Source: Bacillota bacterium (GTDB lineage: Bacteria > Bacillota > Clostridia > Lachnospirales > Lachnospiraceae). From it: a stretch of DNA of 64,000 nt. Below are positions 41,506 to 52,184 of the stretch, in pieces (within the stretch, counting starts at the first letter, position 1; each line of letters starts with the position of its first letter). The notes under the pieces were generated by a model that did no database searches, was not told the origin of the DNA, and was given only the letters and a program-made list of their open reading frames with translations. The stretch covers positions 207,267-271,266 of the forward strand of contig JAEZMV010000017.1 of assembly GCA_023414875.1 (NCBI GenBank). The letters are read 5' to 3'. A program made the translations under genes and the position numbers.

Positions 41506-42186
41506 ATGGAACAATATAAGAAGGAATTTATTGAATTTATGGTGGATTGCGGTGTTTTAAAGTTTGGTGATTTCACCACGAAAAGCGGAAGAAAAACCCC
41601 GTTCTTTGTAAACACGGGATTTTACCGAACCGGTTCTCAGCTTAGAAAGCTTGGAGAGTATTATGCGAAAGCAATCAACGACAAATACGGACTTGACTTT
41701 GATGTATTATTTGGACCTGCTTATAAGGGTATTCCGCTCAGCGTGGCAGCGACCATGGCATTCAGTGAATTCTATCAGAAGGATATTAAATACTGCTCCA
41801 ACCGTAAAGAGGTGAAAGATCATGGGGATACAGGAATTTTATTGGGATCCCCGCTTACTGACGGAGATAAGGTTATCATTATAGAAGATGTAACCACCGC
41901 CGGTACTTCAATCGGAGAGACGATGCCCATACTTGCTTCACAGGGAAATGTTAACGTGATGGGATTAGTAGTATCAGTAGACCGTATGGAAAGAGGACAA
42001 GGTACTAAGAGTGCGTTGTCTGAGATTGAAGACACATATCACATCGAAACAACTGCAATCGTAACGATGAAGGAAGTAGTAGAACATTTGTATAATCAAC
42101 CCTACAAAGGGAAAATTGTAATCGATGAGACTCTAAAAATGGCAATAGATGCGTATTATGAACAATACGGAGTAAGAGAAGAATAG
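41506..42186 (+). CDS. pyrE: Orotate phosphoribosyltransferase
   Basis: LKFG.F..KSGR, FGPAYKGIP, RKE.KDHG, IEDVTTAGTS. Confidence 0.95.
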   Translation: MEQYKKEFIEFMVDCGVLKFGDFTTKSGRKTPFFVNTGFYRTGSQLRKLGEYYAKAINDKYGLDFDVLFGPAYKGIPLSVAATMAFSEFYQKDIKYCSNRKEVKDHGDTGILLGSPLTDGDKVIIIEDVTTAGTSIGETMPILASQGNVNVMGLVVSVDRMERGQGTKSALSEIEDTYHIETTAIVTMKEVVEHLYNQPYKGKIVIDETLKMAIDAYYEQYGVREE

Positions 42187-42216
42187 AAAAACCATTTGCA
42201 AAGGAGGTAATTTCAT

Positions 42217-42369
42217 ATGATGGAAAAAATTTATCACACAATGAAATCAGTCGGTGTATGGAATTTGATTTTGGGAATTCTTTTAATCGTAGCCGGATTA
42301 GTATCAGGAGTTTTATTAATTCTTAACGGAGCAAAGTTGCTAAAGAAAAAATCTGATTTATTATTTTAA
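42217..42369 (+). CDS. 50-aa small membrane protein, absent from the ORF track
   Basis: Strong RBS aaggaggt; MMEKIYHTMKSVGVWNLILGILLIVAGLVSGVLLILNGAKLLKKKSDLLF; followed by a terminator. Confidence 0.8.
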   Translation: MMEKIYHTMKSVGVWNLILGILLIVAGLVSGVLLILNGAKLLKKKSDLLF

Positions 42370-42388
42370 AAAGAGTGAAGAATTGCAG

Positions 42389-42437
42389 TACCCCAAGTTT
42401 ACCTGCAGAGCAGGCTATCTTGGGGTATTTCTGTTTT
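42389..42437 (+). terminator. Terminator closing the pyrK-pyrD-pyrE-sORF unit
   Basis: taccccaag...cctgc / gcagg...cttggggta plus a T-rich tail. Confidence 0.7.
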
Positions 42438-42769
42438 AGAAGGTTATGGAGCAGCAGGCCAAAGAATTAGTAATATGCAATTCCAATCATCCTAATGTGG
42501 CTCTTAATTGCAGTCATTATTTTTATCATTTTCAAAAAATAGAAATGTAAAAACATAGAGGTAATCCTAATATATCGGACTGTTCAAAAGTGGTGTGTAC
42601 AATAGCAATGAATTGTGAAAGGCTATGCGAAAGCTTTTGAAAAGTCATTTCTTATAAGTGAATGGTCAGCATAAAGTAAGAAAGGATGGATTTTTTTTCT
42701 CGAAGAAGGTATAATCATGAACAGACTTACTATAAACCATGTAAATTGAAATTACAGTTGGAGGTTACA

Positions 42770-43828
42770 ATGAAAACACAGGATTTTTATTATGATTTAC
42801 CGGAAGAGCTGATTGCACAGGATCCTTTAGAAGATAGGTCGGGTTCCAGATTATTGGTACTGGATAAGAGGACGGGTGCAATAGAACATAGAATTTTTAA
42901 ACATATTACGCAGTATCTTAAAGAAGGCGATTGCCTTGTCATTAATAATACGAAGGTAATTCCGGCTAGGCTAATCGGAGAGAAGCTTCATGATCAGAAG
43001 CTTCAAACGGAGAAGGAGCAGGTTCATGGTGCCAAGATTGAGCTGTTATTACTGAAGAGAAGGGAAAATGATATCTGGGAGACTTTGGTGAAGCCGGGTA
43101 AAAAAGCAAAACCCGGAACGAAAATAAGCTTTGGCGAAGGTCTTCTGACAGGTGAAATTTTGGACGTAATTGAGGAGGGTAACAGGCTGGTTCAATTTAA
43201 ATATCAAGGGATCTTTGAAGAGATATTGGACCAATTAGGAGAAATGCCATTACCACCCTATATAACACATGAGCTTACAGACCGGAGTCGTTATCAGACT
43301 GTATATGCGAAATATGAGGGCTCAGCTGCAGCCCCGACGGCAGGTCTTCATTTTACGAAGGAGTTACTGGCTGAGATAGAGGCAATGGGTGTCAGGATAG
43401 CAAATGTAACCTTACATGTGGGCCTTGGTACATTTCGCCCGGTTAAGGTGGAAAGTGTCACAGAGCATCACATGCACTCTGAATTTTATCAGGTTACGGA
43501 AGAAGCCGCCGCTATCATAAATGAAACCAAGAGAGGGGGAGGCAGAGTAATCTGTGTAGGAACGACCAGCTGTCGTACGATAGAATCTGCTGCCGATGAA
43601 AAGGGTAATGTAATAGCCGGCAGCGGTGATACCTCCATTTTTATCTACCCCGGATATACCTTTAAGATATTGGATGCTTTAATTACCAATTTCCATCTGC
43701 CGGAGTCAACCTTAATGATGCTTGTATCTGCATTAGCCGGTCGAGAGCATGTTATGGATGCTTACCAAGAGGCTGTGAAAGAATGTTATCGTTTTTTTAG
43801 TTTTGGAGATGCGATGTTAATTCATTAA
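42770..43828 (+). CDS. queA: SAM:tRNA ribosyltransferase-isomerase
   Basis: [63 protein letters not shown]. Confidence 0.97.
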   Translation: MKTQDFYYDLPEELIAQDPLEDRSGSRLLVLDKRTGAIEHRIFKHITQYLKEGDCLVINNTKVIPARLIGEKLHDQKLQTEKEQVHGAKIELLLLKRRENDIWETLVKPGKKAKPGTKISFGEGLLTGEILDVIEEGNRLVQFKYQGIFEEILDQLGEMPLPPYITHELTDRSRYQTVYAKYEGSAAAPTAGLHFTKELLAEIEAMGVRIANVTLHVGLGTFRPVKVESVTEHHMHSEFYQVTEEAAAIINETKRGGGRVICVGTTSCRTIESAADEKGNVIAGSGDTSIFIYPGYTFKILDALITNFHLPESTLMMLVSALAGREHVMDAYQEAVKECYRFFSFGDAMLIH

Positions 43829-43927
43829 ATGAATCCTAAACCGGTGAACGCGGTATGGATGCTCTTTAAAACATAATAGTCAGACGCTAAGTTGTTACCT
43901 AAAATTAAATCAGTAGTGCAAATGTGA

Positions 43928-43957
43928 AAGGGGGTGTCGCATAGAGCGACACCCCTT
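43928..43957. terminator. Hairpin between convergent queA and the oxidoreductase gene
   Basis: ggggtgtcgc / gcgacacccc. Confidence 0.7.
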
Positions 43958-43962
43958 GAATA

Positions 43963-45363
43963 TTACTTATTCATCTTAGCTAATATGCTTCTTGCAACAC
44001 TAATTCCGTTAGCAGAAGCCTGCTGTAAGCCTCTGGTTACGGCAGCTCCGTCGCCGATTGCCCTGAGACCCTCCACACTGGTTTCAAAGTCAGTATTTAC
44101 AACAACTTTGTTGGAATAGAATTTTACCTCTACACCATATAATAAGGTTTCATCGCTGGCGATACCGGGTGTAACCTTATCTAAGGCAAGGAGCATTTCC
44201 TTGATATCCACCATAATACGATGAGGGAATACTAAGGATAAATCTCCGGGAATTGCATCCTTTAGGGTAGGTATAATGTTATTTCGACAGAGACGTTCTT
44301 CCGTTGTTCTTCTGCCTCTCTGGAAATCACCAAAGGTCTGTACTAAGATTCTTCCACCGCAAAGCATATTACTTAGCTGAGCGATATGTTTACCGTATTC
44401 AATCGGTGTTTTAAACGGTTTTGTAAAATTCTTGGATACAAGGATTGCAAAGTTTGTATTGCGTGTTTTGTATTCCTTCGATTTATAAGCATGTCCGTTT
44501 ACGACTGCCAGGTTATTCTCATAATATTCGGTAGCTACTTCACCGGAAGGATTTGTACAGAAGGTACGTACCTTATCATCAAAGGTAGGGGTGTAATATA
44601 CCAGCTTTGCTTCATATAGGTTCTTGTTTAAGAATTCCATTACTTCATCACGAACCTCAACTCTTACACCGATATCAACGGTACCAACCTTTGTTTCGAT
44701 TCCGTGCTCCTTACAGATTTGGCTAAACCAATCGGAGCCTTCACGGCCAATCGCAGAGACGATTTCATTGGCATATAAGGTGTCTCCCTTGGAGGTAAGA
44801 ATTCCTTTTGCTTTTTTATCTTCGATGATGATATCCTGTACCATCGTGTTAAACTGCATCTCAACGCCTGAAGCCAGCAGATGCTCCTGCAGACGGGTAT
44901 ATATTTTATAGCCCTCTTCCGTACCAAGATGACGGATCGGACATTCAATCAACTTAAGATTAGCGGTAATTGCACGTCTTCTGATCTCACGAATTTCGGC
45001 TTCTTTATCCACACCGTATACGTTTGTATCAGCACCAAACTTCAGGTAGATATCATCGGATTCTTTGATTAGTTCGACTGCCTTATCATATCCTAAAAGA
45101 TCCGGAAGTATACCACCTACATCGGGAGAAAGGGAGAGCTTACCATCAGAGAAGGCTCCCGCACCAGCAAAACCGGTAGTAATGGAACAGGGCTGGCAAC
45201 CGATGCATTGCTTGGTAGTTCTCTTAGGACACATTCTTTTCTCGATCGGTCTGCCCTTTTCAACCATTAATATCTTTAGATCTTTATTTTCTTTAATCAA
45301 CTCATAGGCACAAAAAATTCCGGAAGGGCCGGCACCTATAATGATGACATCGTAATTTTGCAT
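43963..45363 (-). CDS. NAD(P)/FAD-dependent oxidoreductase of unknown substrate
   Basis: IGAGPSG, N-terminal Cys cluster, GAGAFSDGKL, GVRVE, RTFCTNP.G, GDGA; RBS aggag before ATG 45363. Confidence 0.85.
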   Translation of the reverse strand: MQNYDVIIIGAGPSGIFCAYELIKENKDLKILMVEKGRPIEKRMCPKRTTKQCIGCQPCSITTGFAGAGAFSDGKLSLSPDVGGILPDLLGYDKAVELIKESDDIYLKFGADTNVYGVDKEAEIREIRRRAITANLKLIECPIRHLGTEEGYKIYTRLQEHLLASGVEMQFNTMVQDIIIEDKKAKGILTSKGDTLYANEIVSAIGREGSDWFSQICKEHGIETKVGTVDIGVRVEVRDEVMEFLNKNLYEAKLVYYTPTFDDKVRTFCTNPSGEVATEYYENNLAVVNGHAYKSKEYKTRNTNFAILVSKNFTKPFKTPIEYGKHIAQLSNMLCGGRILVQTFGDFQRGRRTTEERLCRNNIIPTLKDAIPGDLSLVFPHRIMVDIKEMLLALDKVTPGIASDETLLYGVEVKFYSNKVVVNTDFETSVEGLRAIGDGAAVTRGLQQASANGISVARSILAKMNK

Positions 45364-45529
45364 AAACAACACTCCTTTTATACGAAAGTAAACGTTGCTA
45401 AGAACCTTGCTAATTCTATCATAGATTATTTGTGAATGCAAGGTAAAACACAGAATAAAGCTGACCAAAGCACCAAGCAAAAGGAATAATTATACATTGC
45501 TGTAGTTCGAGGGTTTCAATGGATAAAGA

Positions 45530-46318
45530 CTATATAATACTAAAATGCATCAGTGCATGGGATATACCATCCGAATCCACATCCTTGGTCAGAAACGAAA
45601 CAATATTCTTAATTATCTCATCGGAATTACCCATTCCAATGCTATACTTAACGTATTTAAGCATCTCGAGATCATTCACGCTATCTCCGAAAGCATATGC
45701 ATTCTCGTGAGGAATAGCTAAGTGAGAAAGAAGATATTCGATACCGGTTGCTTTTGAAAATCCCTTAGGTACGATCTCAAAAAATAGATTATCACGCTTA
45801 ATAAAGTGTAAGCAATCCTTGTATTTCTCATAGAAGGGCATTATGCTCTCCGAAGAAGTAGCCCAAATACAAAACTTATCAATAGATATATCCGGCGCAT
45901 CCCAGTTTAATACATTTAAATGAAAACCGTTCTTTTGAATGTCCTGTAGCTTTTTTATCTTGGAACAGGTGGACTGGTGGTCATAGTAGATAGCATTACT
46001 TCCTTCAAGAACAGCCTCTAGTTTATAGTTACGAAGGTCCTTGATTATGGACCGGCATAGCTCATCGGATATAGCCGTATGGAGTAATATTTTATCTTGA
46101 TAAGTAATATAGGTGCCGCAACCGCAAACATAACCATCAAAGCCGATTTCCAGTATCGTTTCATCCAGTTCGGCAAAGGATCTGCCGGTATTAATAAAGG
46201 TTAGGTGTCCATTTGCTTTTGCCTGCTTTAATGCAGCTTTCGTAGTTTTTGAAATCTGATGGGTTCTATGACTTAATATAGTACCGTCTATATCAAAAAA
46301 TATTATTTTAGTATTCAT
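45530..46318 (-). CDS. Cof-type HAD-IIB phosphatase
   Basis: FDIDGT, TGR, SKATG, GDSVND..M. Confidence 0.92.
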   Translation of the reverse strand: MNTKIIFFDIDGTILSHRTHQISKTTKAALKQAKANGHLTFINTGRSFAELDETILEIGFDGYVCGCGTYITYQDKILLHTAISDELCRSIIKDLRNYKLEAVLEGSNAIYYDHQSTCSKIKKLQDIQKNGFHLNVLNWDAPDISIDKFCIWATSSESIMPFYEKYKDCLHFIKRDNLFFEIVPKGFSKATGIEYLLSHLAIPHENAYAFGDSVNDLEMLKYVKYSIGMGNSDEIIKNIVSFLTKDVDSDGISHALMHFSII

Positions 46319-46448
46319 ATCTGTACTCCATTCTTAAGTAAGCATTTTGTGCATATAAGTTTGTGCATAGTTTGCTTGCACTTCTCATGTTTATTCTACA
46401 TATTCTAACATAGAATGACATTTAGGAAAAGACCCAAGAAAAGCCCGT

Positions 46449-46628
46449 CAGCATGAATATATAAAACGAAAAGTCGATGTAAAGGTAACAGATAAGACAA
46501 TTGAAATCTTCTACAATCATAACCGCATCGCTTCCCATCGAAGGCTTCATGGCCGGATGGGACAGTATGACACTATCGTAGAACATATGCCGGAAGACCA
46601 TCAGAAATATCTGGAGTGGAGTGGCGAC
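46449..46628 (+). mobile_element. Internal fragment of an IS21-family transposase (IstA C-terminal region)
   Basis: Reads HEYIKRKVDVKVTDKTIEIFYNHNRIASHRRLHGRMGQYDTIVEHMPEDHQKYLEWSGD; no start, DDE core or istB. Confidence 0.8.
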
Positions 46629-46815
46629 CATATTTCACTTTCTTAGCATTGCTCCCATGATAAAAACGAGGTTCCCATACTTATCGGTTATACATACCGA
46701 AAGTCTGGAAACCTCTGTTTTCAAACCCCTTAGAGCCTATCTGTATATCTTTGCATAACATCAATACGACTGTCTCAACGTACGTTGGGAGAGAGATAGA
46801 ATATTATAATTATCT

Positions 46816-47886
46816 CTACTTTTTATGTGCTCCAGAAACGATCGTATCTACTATCTCATGAAGTTTCTGTTTATACTCATCCTTTATTTCATATATTTCT
46901 TCTAATTTATCATTAGTGATTTGCTGATCATCAATTTTAATATAATCCAAATATTCCGGAAGTTGTTCTGGTGCTAGATTCTCCAATAAATAATAATCGA
47001 ATAAAAATACCAGATTTTCAATTATATTATGATCTTCACCAACAGGTGAAACAGCCACTCCTACTATCGGATCTGTTATGACATGGGTCAATTCATGTAA
47101 TACAAAAAAATATGAATAACTGTACTTTTCTTCATTGGTAGGACTTAAAACTGCGACGCATTTTGTCCCATTTTTATCAAAACCTCTGCCATTTTTTGAC
47201 ATGCTGTAGCAAAGATATATTTCAGGTATTATACCTTCATAATCCAAAAGATTCTGGATCGGTGAAAATTGTGTATTTAAATATTCGATAAACTGACTCC
47301 GATTCTGCTTATCACTTTCCCATAGATTATCCCAGTAGGGTAAATAAAACTCCTGTTCTTTTTCCATTACCTCTAAAAATGGCTGTACAAAATCTGTAAT
47401 ATCTTCTTCCGTAAATTCTCCACCCGTAAGTACAACATTCTTAAATTCTTCGTAGCTTGAAACATAAAATGGTATGAACATTATTTTCTCAAGACTTGAG
47501 AACCGTTTATAAAACACCTCGGTTAAATCCTTTAAATCCTCTTCCAACGTATCTTTAAAGTCATATCCTTTCTTAATCTTTTCAATTTTCGCTATGTAAT
47601 CTTTAGAATAAACGTTAGCTGCATTCTCACTTCCTAAATCCATATAACTGAATAGATGATACGTCAAATCCGCAATATAATTATTTTTTACCTTTGATGA
47701 AGCAAATACCGTCTGTGGCTCTCCTTCATCACCTGCTTCATAAACATTTTCCGGATCAGTGTCTTGTTCTAATTCCTTGCTATCTTTATTCTTTATATTC
47801 TCTGCATGTTCATTTGTTTTACTACAACCACATATTAATAATGAACACATTATTAGTATCATAATTTGTCTATAATACTTTTTCAT
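46816..47886 (-). CDS. Uncharacterised lipoprotein with an HExxH motif
   Basis: MKK, hydrophobic stretch and ICGC lipobox; VLHELTH followed by a downstream Glu. Confidence 0.75.
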   Translation of the reverse strand: MKKYYRQIMILIMCSLLICGCSKTNEHAENIKNKDSKELEQDTDPENVYEAGDEGEPQTVFASSKVKNNYIADLTYHLFSYMDLGSENAANVYSKDYIAKIEKIKKGYDFKDTLEEDLKDLTEVFYKRFSSLEKIMFIPFYVSSYEEFKNVVLTGGEFTEEDITDFVQPFLEVMEKEQEFYLPYWDNLWESDKQNRSQFIEYLNTQFSPIQNLLDYEGIIPEIYLCYSMSKNGRGFDKNGTKCVAVLSPTNEEKYSYSYFFVLHELTHVITDPIVGVAVSPVGEDHNIIENLVFLFDYYLLENLAPEQLPEYLDYIKIDDQQITNDKLEEIYEIKDEYKQKLHEIVDTIVSGAHKK

Positions 47887-48162
47887 ATTGCTATACTTAC
47901 CTTCCTATTTACAATGACGTGCATATAATATTTTATATCCCAACTCGCAAATTTTATCATATAATTTATCCATAAACAACCAAATTTATTATATTTTTCC
48001 TAAATCAAGAAAACTGTTAGCCTATAGATGCTTGTATACGAAGAAAAATCGAACAAATAATACTCCTTATCGAAAGCATAGATCGAAATCATATAGCCGG
48101 ATATATAGTAGGTGTGAACAGTAGCGTACCTGTTATAAATTTTAAATTAGTTTAGGAACCTC

Positions 48163-48191
48163 TTGACAATATTGAGGGAGTCGATTAATAT
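48163..48191 (+). promoter_or_regulatory. Sigma-A promoter of the T-box-pheST transcript
   Basis: TTGACA 48163-48168, 17-bp spacer, TAATAT. Confidence 0.55.
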
Positions 48192-48204
48192 AGGAGAAAA
48201 TGAT

Positions 48205-48423
48205 AACAACATTGAAGGTGAATATAGTAGCATATATTTTCCCGCCAGAGAGAACGTGTCACCGGCTGAGAGCATGTTCAGGGTTCGGATATATCGCGAA
48301 ATTCAGCACTGGAGTTGCCATTAAGGCCGGTTCAGACCGTTATAGCTGTAGAGGAGCCTGTTTTAGGCTTGAATCTGGGTGGTACCACGATGCTTTCGTC
48401 CCTATTGGGCGGGAGCTTTTTTT
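48205..48423 (+). ncRNA. Phe-specific T-box riboswitch
   Basis: AGTA, AGAGA and GCTGA stem-I motifs; specifier TTC 48302-48304; CCGTTA; AATCTGGGTGGTACCACG 48372-48389; terminator 48392-48423; upstream of pheS. Confidence 0.93.
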
Positions 48424-48438
48424 GTTGTAAAAGGACTT

Positions 48439-48567
48439 GAGTGTCAAAAGTATATCTATATTAAAACCTTCGACAATTTGCACAATTTTGTTCTCGAACT
48501 AGTGATGCAATAACTCATTCATTCGCAACACGCTTTCGCTTGGATGAAAGTAAACCTTTTGACACTC
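48439..48567. repeat. 129-bp element with 12-bp terminal inverted repeats (family B, copy 2)
   Basis: gagtgtcaaaag / cttttgacactc; core gcaacacgct-tt-cgcttggatgaa shared with 15371-15418. Confidence 0.7.
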
Positions 48568-48659
48568 TGACCGTAATAGGAAATTACGACCTATTACAAA
48601 AAGAATTGGAATGCAATTTGAAAATTATTGTAATTATTATAAGTTTAGGAGGAATGAAT

Positions 48660-49700
48660 ATGTTAGAAAACTTAGAGCGTATTAAAGCACAGTTTACTGC
48701 AGAATTAAATGCTGCTGACTCAAAAGAAGAGCTTGAGCGGATTAGAGTATCTTTTCTGGGTAAGAAAGGCCTTGTGACCGATGAGTTGAAAAATCTTCGA
48801 AACCTCGATGCAGAGGCAAAGAAGACTGCCGGAATGCAGGTCAATATCCTGAAGGAAGAATGCGAGCAGGCAATCGTTGAGTATCAAAAGACGATGGAGG
48901 AGAAGGAGTACTTAAAGGAAATTGAACGTGCAGAGCGTTACGACTTTTCAATTCCATCCGATAAGACGGTTGGAACCTTACATCCGATTACAATCGTTCA
49001 GAAGCAAATTGAAGATATCTTCAAGACCATGGGCTTCATTGTCGAGGACGGTTTGGAAATCCAAACAGAATTTAATAACTTTGAAGGTGTTAATATCCCG
49101 AAAAATCATCCCGCAAGAGATATGACAGATACGTATTATTTGGAAAACGGTCAGTTATTAAAGACACATACCTCTGCAGCTCAGAATGCAATTATGAAAA
49201 AATACGGTGCTCCAAAGCCGGGTGAGCCGTTAAAGGTGCTATTCCCGGGAAGATGTTTCCGTAATGAAAATATTGATGCCTGTCATGAAAATACCTTCTT
49301 CCAGATGGAAGGCATGATGATTGATACTGATATCTCCATTTCAAATCTGATCTATTTCATGAAGGTTTTATTAACGGAGGTTTTCCAAAGAGATGTTAAG
49401 GTGCGCCTAAGACCGGGCTTTTTCCCGTTCGTAGAGCCGGGCTTTGAGCTTGATATAAACTGTGCCATCTGCGGTGGTTCAGGCTGTCCAACCTGTAAGA
49501 ACTCAGGCTGGCTGGAATTATTACCCTGTGGTATGATCCACCCGAATGTTCTTCGCTTAGGTGGCATTGATCCGGAGAAATATACCGGTTTTGCATTTGG
49601 TCTTGGACTGACAAGACTTGCAATGATGAAATACAACATTAAGGACATTCGTCTGTTTAACAGCGGTAACTTAAAGCAGCTAAAGCAGTTTACAAAATAG
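48660..49700 (+). CDS. pheS: Phenylalanine--tRNA ligase alpha subunit
   Basis: HPARDM.DT, THTS, FR.E..D..H, FPFVEP, GFAFGLG; RBS aggagg. Confidence 0.97.
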   Translation: MLENLERIKAQFTAELNAADSKEELERIRVSFLGKKGLVTDELKNLRNLDAEAKKTAGMQVNILKEECEQAIVEYQKTMEEKEYLKEIERAERYDFSIPSDKTVGTLHPITIVQKQIEDIFKTMGFIVEDGLEIQTEFNNFEGVNIPKNHPARDMTDTYYLENGQLLKTHTSAAQNAIMKKYGAPKPGEPLKVLFPGRCFRNENIDACHENTFFQMEGMMIDTDISISNLIYFMKVLLTEVFQRDVKVRLRPGFFPFVEPGFELDINCAICGGSGCPTCKNSGWLELLPCGMIHPNVLRLGGIDPEKYTGFAFGLGLTRLAMMKYNIKDIRLFNSGNLKQLKQFTK

Positions 49701-49720
49701 GGCAGATTGGAGGAAATAAA

Positions 49721-52105
49721 ATGTATATATCAATGAATTGGATTTCAGAATTCACGGATTTGACCGGAATTAATCTAAAGGAATTAATCGGTAGATTTAC
49801 CTTATCAACCGCTGAGGTTGAAGAAATACATGAGTACGGAAAGAATATTAAAGATGTTGTAGTCGGTAAGATTGTTGAGATTAGCGATCACCCCAATTCT
49901 AAAAAGCTGCACTTGGTAAAAGTGGACATTGGTACTGAGGTGGTAGGCTGTGTCTGCGGAGCTCCTAACGTATTTGTAGGTGCGATTGTACCGTTTGCTA
50001 AGCTGGGAGGCCAGGTTGGAGAGCTTGAGATCAAGGAAGCAAAGATTGCAGGTGAAATCAGCCATGGTATGTGTTGTTCTGAAAAGGAACTTGGAATCAG
50101 TGATGACCATTCCGGATTGATGATGCTTCCGGATACCTATCCACTCGGAACAGATATAAAAACCTTCATGCAATTAGAGGATACAGTATTTGAGGTGGAT
50201 AACAAATCCCTTACCAATCGTCCTGATCTATGGGGACATTACGGAATTGCCAGAGAAATCTCTGTACTTACCAAGAGACCCTTGAAACCGCTTGATGTAG
50301 TTAATACTTCTGTATATAAAGATCTGGCTCAGGTGGATGTAAAAGTGGAGGATACCGATAAGACCTTCCGTTATAGCTGCATTACTATTTCGAACATTAA
50401 GGAGAAAAAAGCTCCGGTTAATATGAGAATTCGTCTCACCTATTGCGGTATGCGACCGATTAATCTGCTGGCTGATTTGACAAACTACCTTATGATGGAG
50501 CTTGGACAACCGATGCATGCCTTTGATAACGCCAAAGTGTCGAAGATTAGGGTTAAGACCTATCCTGAGACGGTAAACTTCCTGACTCTGGATGGAGTGG
50601 AACGTAAGATTGATACCGATACACTCTTAATCTGTGATGAGAAGGAGCCGGTAGCAATTGCAGGTATTATGGGTGGTGAGCTTTCAGAAATAACAGATAA
50701 TACCGAATCTGTATTACTGGAATCTGCGAATTTTGATGGTGTATCAGTTCGTAAATCAGCAACCCGTATTGGTCTTCGTACCGATGCAAGCTCCCGATAT
50801 GAGAAAACGATTGATCCCGAACTCACGGTTCCTGCAATCGAGCGTTTTATCAAGCTGTTAACAGAGATTGATCCGGGAGTAAAGGTAACCTCTTCTTTGA
50901 CAGATTGTTATGTTAAGCATTACGATACCATTTCCATCGATTTTGATAAGGCTTATGTAGATAAATATACCGGAATTGACATTTCTTCTGAGCAAATCGA
51001 AGAGACATTAAGTGCACTTGGCTTTCTTGTAACTCGTAAGAGTGATTCCTTTAGCCTGGTGGTTCCTTCCTGGCGTGCTACAAAGGATGTAACGATAAAA
51101 GCAGATATCATTGAAGAAATTACTCGGATCTATGGATATGACAACTTTGAGATTAAATCCACCAAGAGCTTTTTGACGCCGGTTCGTCACAGTGTGGAGA
51201 GGGATAATGAGTACCGGATTAAGGAGCTGCTGTCAGAGCGTTATGCGATGAACGAGGTTCATAGTTATATCTGGTATGACAGCAAGATGAATAAGGAACT
51301 GGGTATTGTTACAGAACCGAATGTCCGCGTCATCAACTCCGTGGCTTCAGAGAATGATACGATAAGATCCACGATGATCCCGAGCTTACTTGGCTTTGTC
51401 GCAAAGAATGCCGATACCTATCCAGAGATGGGTATGTTTGAAATCGGGCGAGTTGCAGACGGAATTAAAGAAGATGGCTTATGTGATGAGCGAAAGAGAC
51501 TTGGTATTATCGTTGCCAGTAAGAAGCTGACAGAAAAAGAAGTTTATTTTAGATGCAAGGAAGTAGTTGAACAGATTACAGCAAGTATTAAAAATGCTGT
51601 TCCGAACTTCTATGTAAAGGAAGACCTCGCTAAATACAATTACGTTCACCCGGTTAACAGTGCCGGTATCGGGCTAAAGGGAGCACAAATCGGATATTTC
51701 TCAGTGCTTAATCCCAGAATTAAGAATAAGATTGATAAAAAGCTGAATGTGGCCTTTGCAGAAATTGATATGGAAGCGCTCGAAACGGTGGCTGCAGAGG
51801 GTCTGCGTTATACAGAGGTATCAAAGTATCCCGGTGTTACCATCGATTTAAGCCTGTTGACCGATAAAGCACTTCGTTATGAGAATTTATCTTCTTTTAT
51901 TAAGGAATATAAATCAGAACACCTTCAGAATTTCCATTTGGTTGATATCTTCGAGGATGAAAAGCTTCTCCCTGGTAAGAAGAGTGTAACCGTTCGTTTT
52001 GAATTCGGTTCTAAGGAAAGAACCTTAGAAGGACAGGAAATTCAGACGATGGTAGATGAATTGCTTGCTATTTTGGGTACAAGGGGAATTGAGATAAGAA
52101 AATAA
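49721..52105 (+). CDS. pheT: Phenylalanine--tRNA ligase beta subunit
   Basis: HPNS.KL, VCGAPN, NRPD, GQPMHAFD, D.IEE..RIYGY, C-terminal ferredoxin-like anticodon-binding domain. Confidence 0.96.
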   Translation: MYISMNWISEFTDLTGINLKELIGRFTLSTAEVEEIHEYGKNIKDVVVGKIVEISDHPNSKKLHLVKVDIGTEVVGCVCGAPNVFVGAIVPFAKLGGQVGELEIKEAKIAGEISHGMCCSEKELGISDDHSGLMMLPDTYPLGTDIKTFMQLEDTVFEVDNKSLTNRPDLWGHYGIAREISVLTKRPLKPLDVVNTSVYKDLAQVDVKVEDTDKTFRYSCITISNIKEKKAPVNMRIRLTYCGMRPINLLADLTNYLMMELGQPMHAFDNAKVSKIRVKTYPETVNFLTLDGVERKIDTDTLLICDEKEPVAIAGIMGGELSEITDNTESVLLESANFDGVSVRKSATRIGLRTDASSRYEKTIDPELTVPAIERFIKLLTEIDPGVKVTSSLTDCYVKHYDTISIDFDKAYVDKYTGIDISSEQIEETLSALGFLVTRKSDSFSLVVPSWRATKDVTIKADIIEEITRIYGYDNFEIKSTKSFLTPVRHSVERDNEYRIKELLSERYAMNEVHSYIWYDSKMNKELGIVTEPNVRVINSVASENDTIRSTMIPSLLGFVAKNADTYPEMGMFEIGRVADGIKEDGLCDERKRLGIIVASKKLTEKEVYFRCKEVVEQITASIKNAVPNFYVKEDLAKYNYVHPVNSAGIGLKGAQIGYFSVLNPRIKNKIDKKLNVAFAEIDMEALETVAAEGLRYTEVSKYPGVTIDLSLLTDKALRYENLSSFIKEYKSEHLQNFHLVDIFEDEKLLPGKKSVTVRFEFGSKERTLEGQEIQTMVDELLAILGTRGIEIRK

Positions 52106-52184
52106 CTCTATAAAATTTATTAACCGTAATAAGAATACTTTAGGTATATATTAGCTAGTCCATGTATAAGCATTTTCTGAAAGG

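Noticed and set aside
42470..42542. Hydrophobic reading frame YAIPIILMWLLIAVIIFIIFKK
   Set aside because: Stops lie immediately upstream and there is no convincing RBS; at most a gene-end remnant.
46422..46631. 69-aa minus-strand ORF
   Set aside because: It is antisense to the IS21 transposase fragment, which explains the sequence.
48200..48430. 76-aa ORF upstream of pheS
   Set aside because: It coincides with the T-box riboswitch and runs through its terminator.
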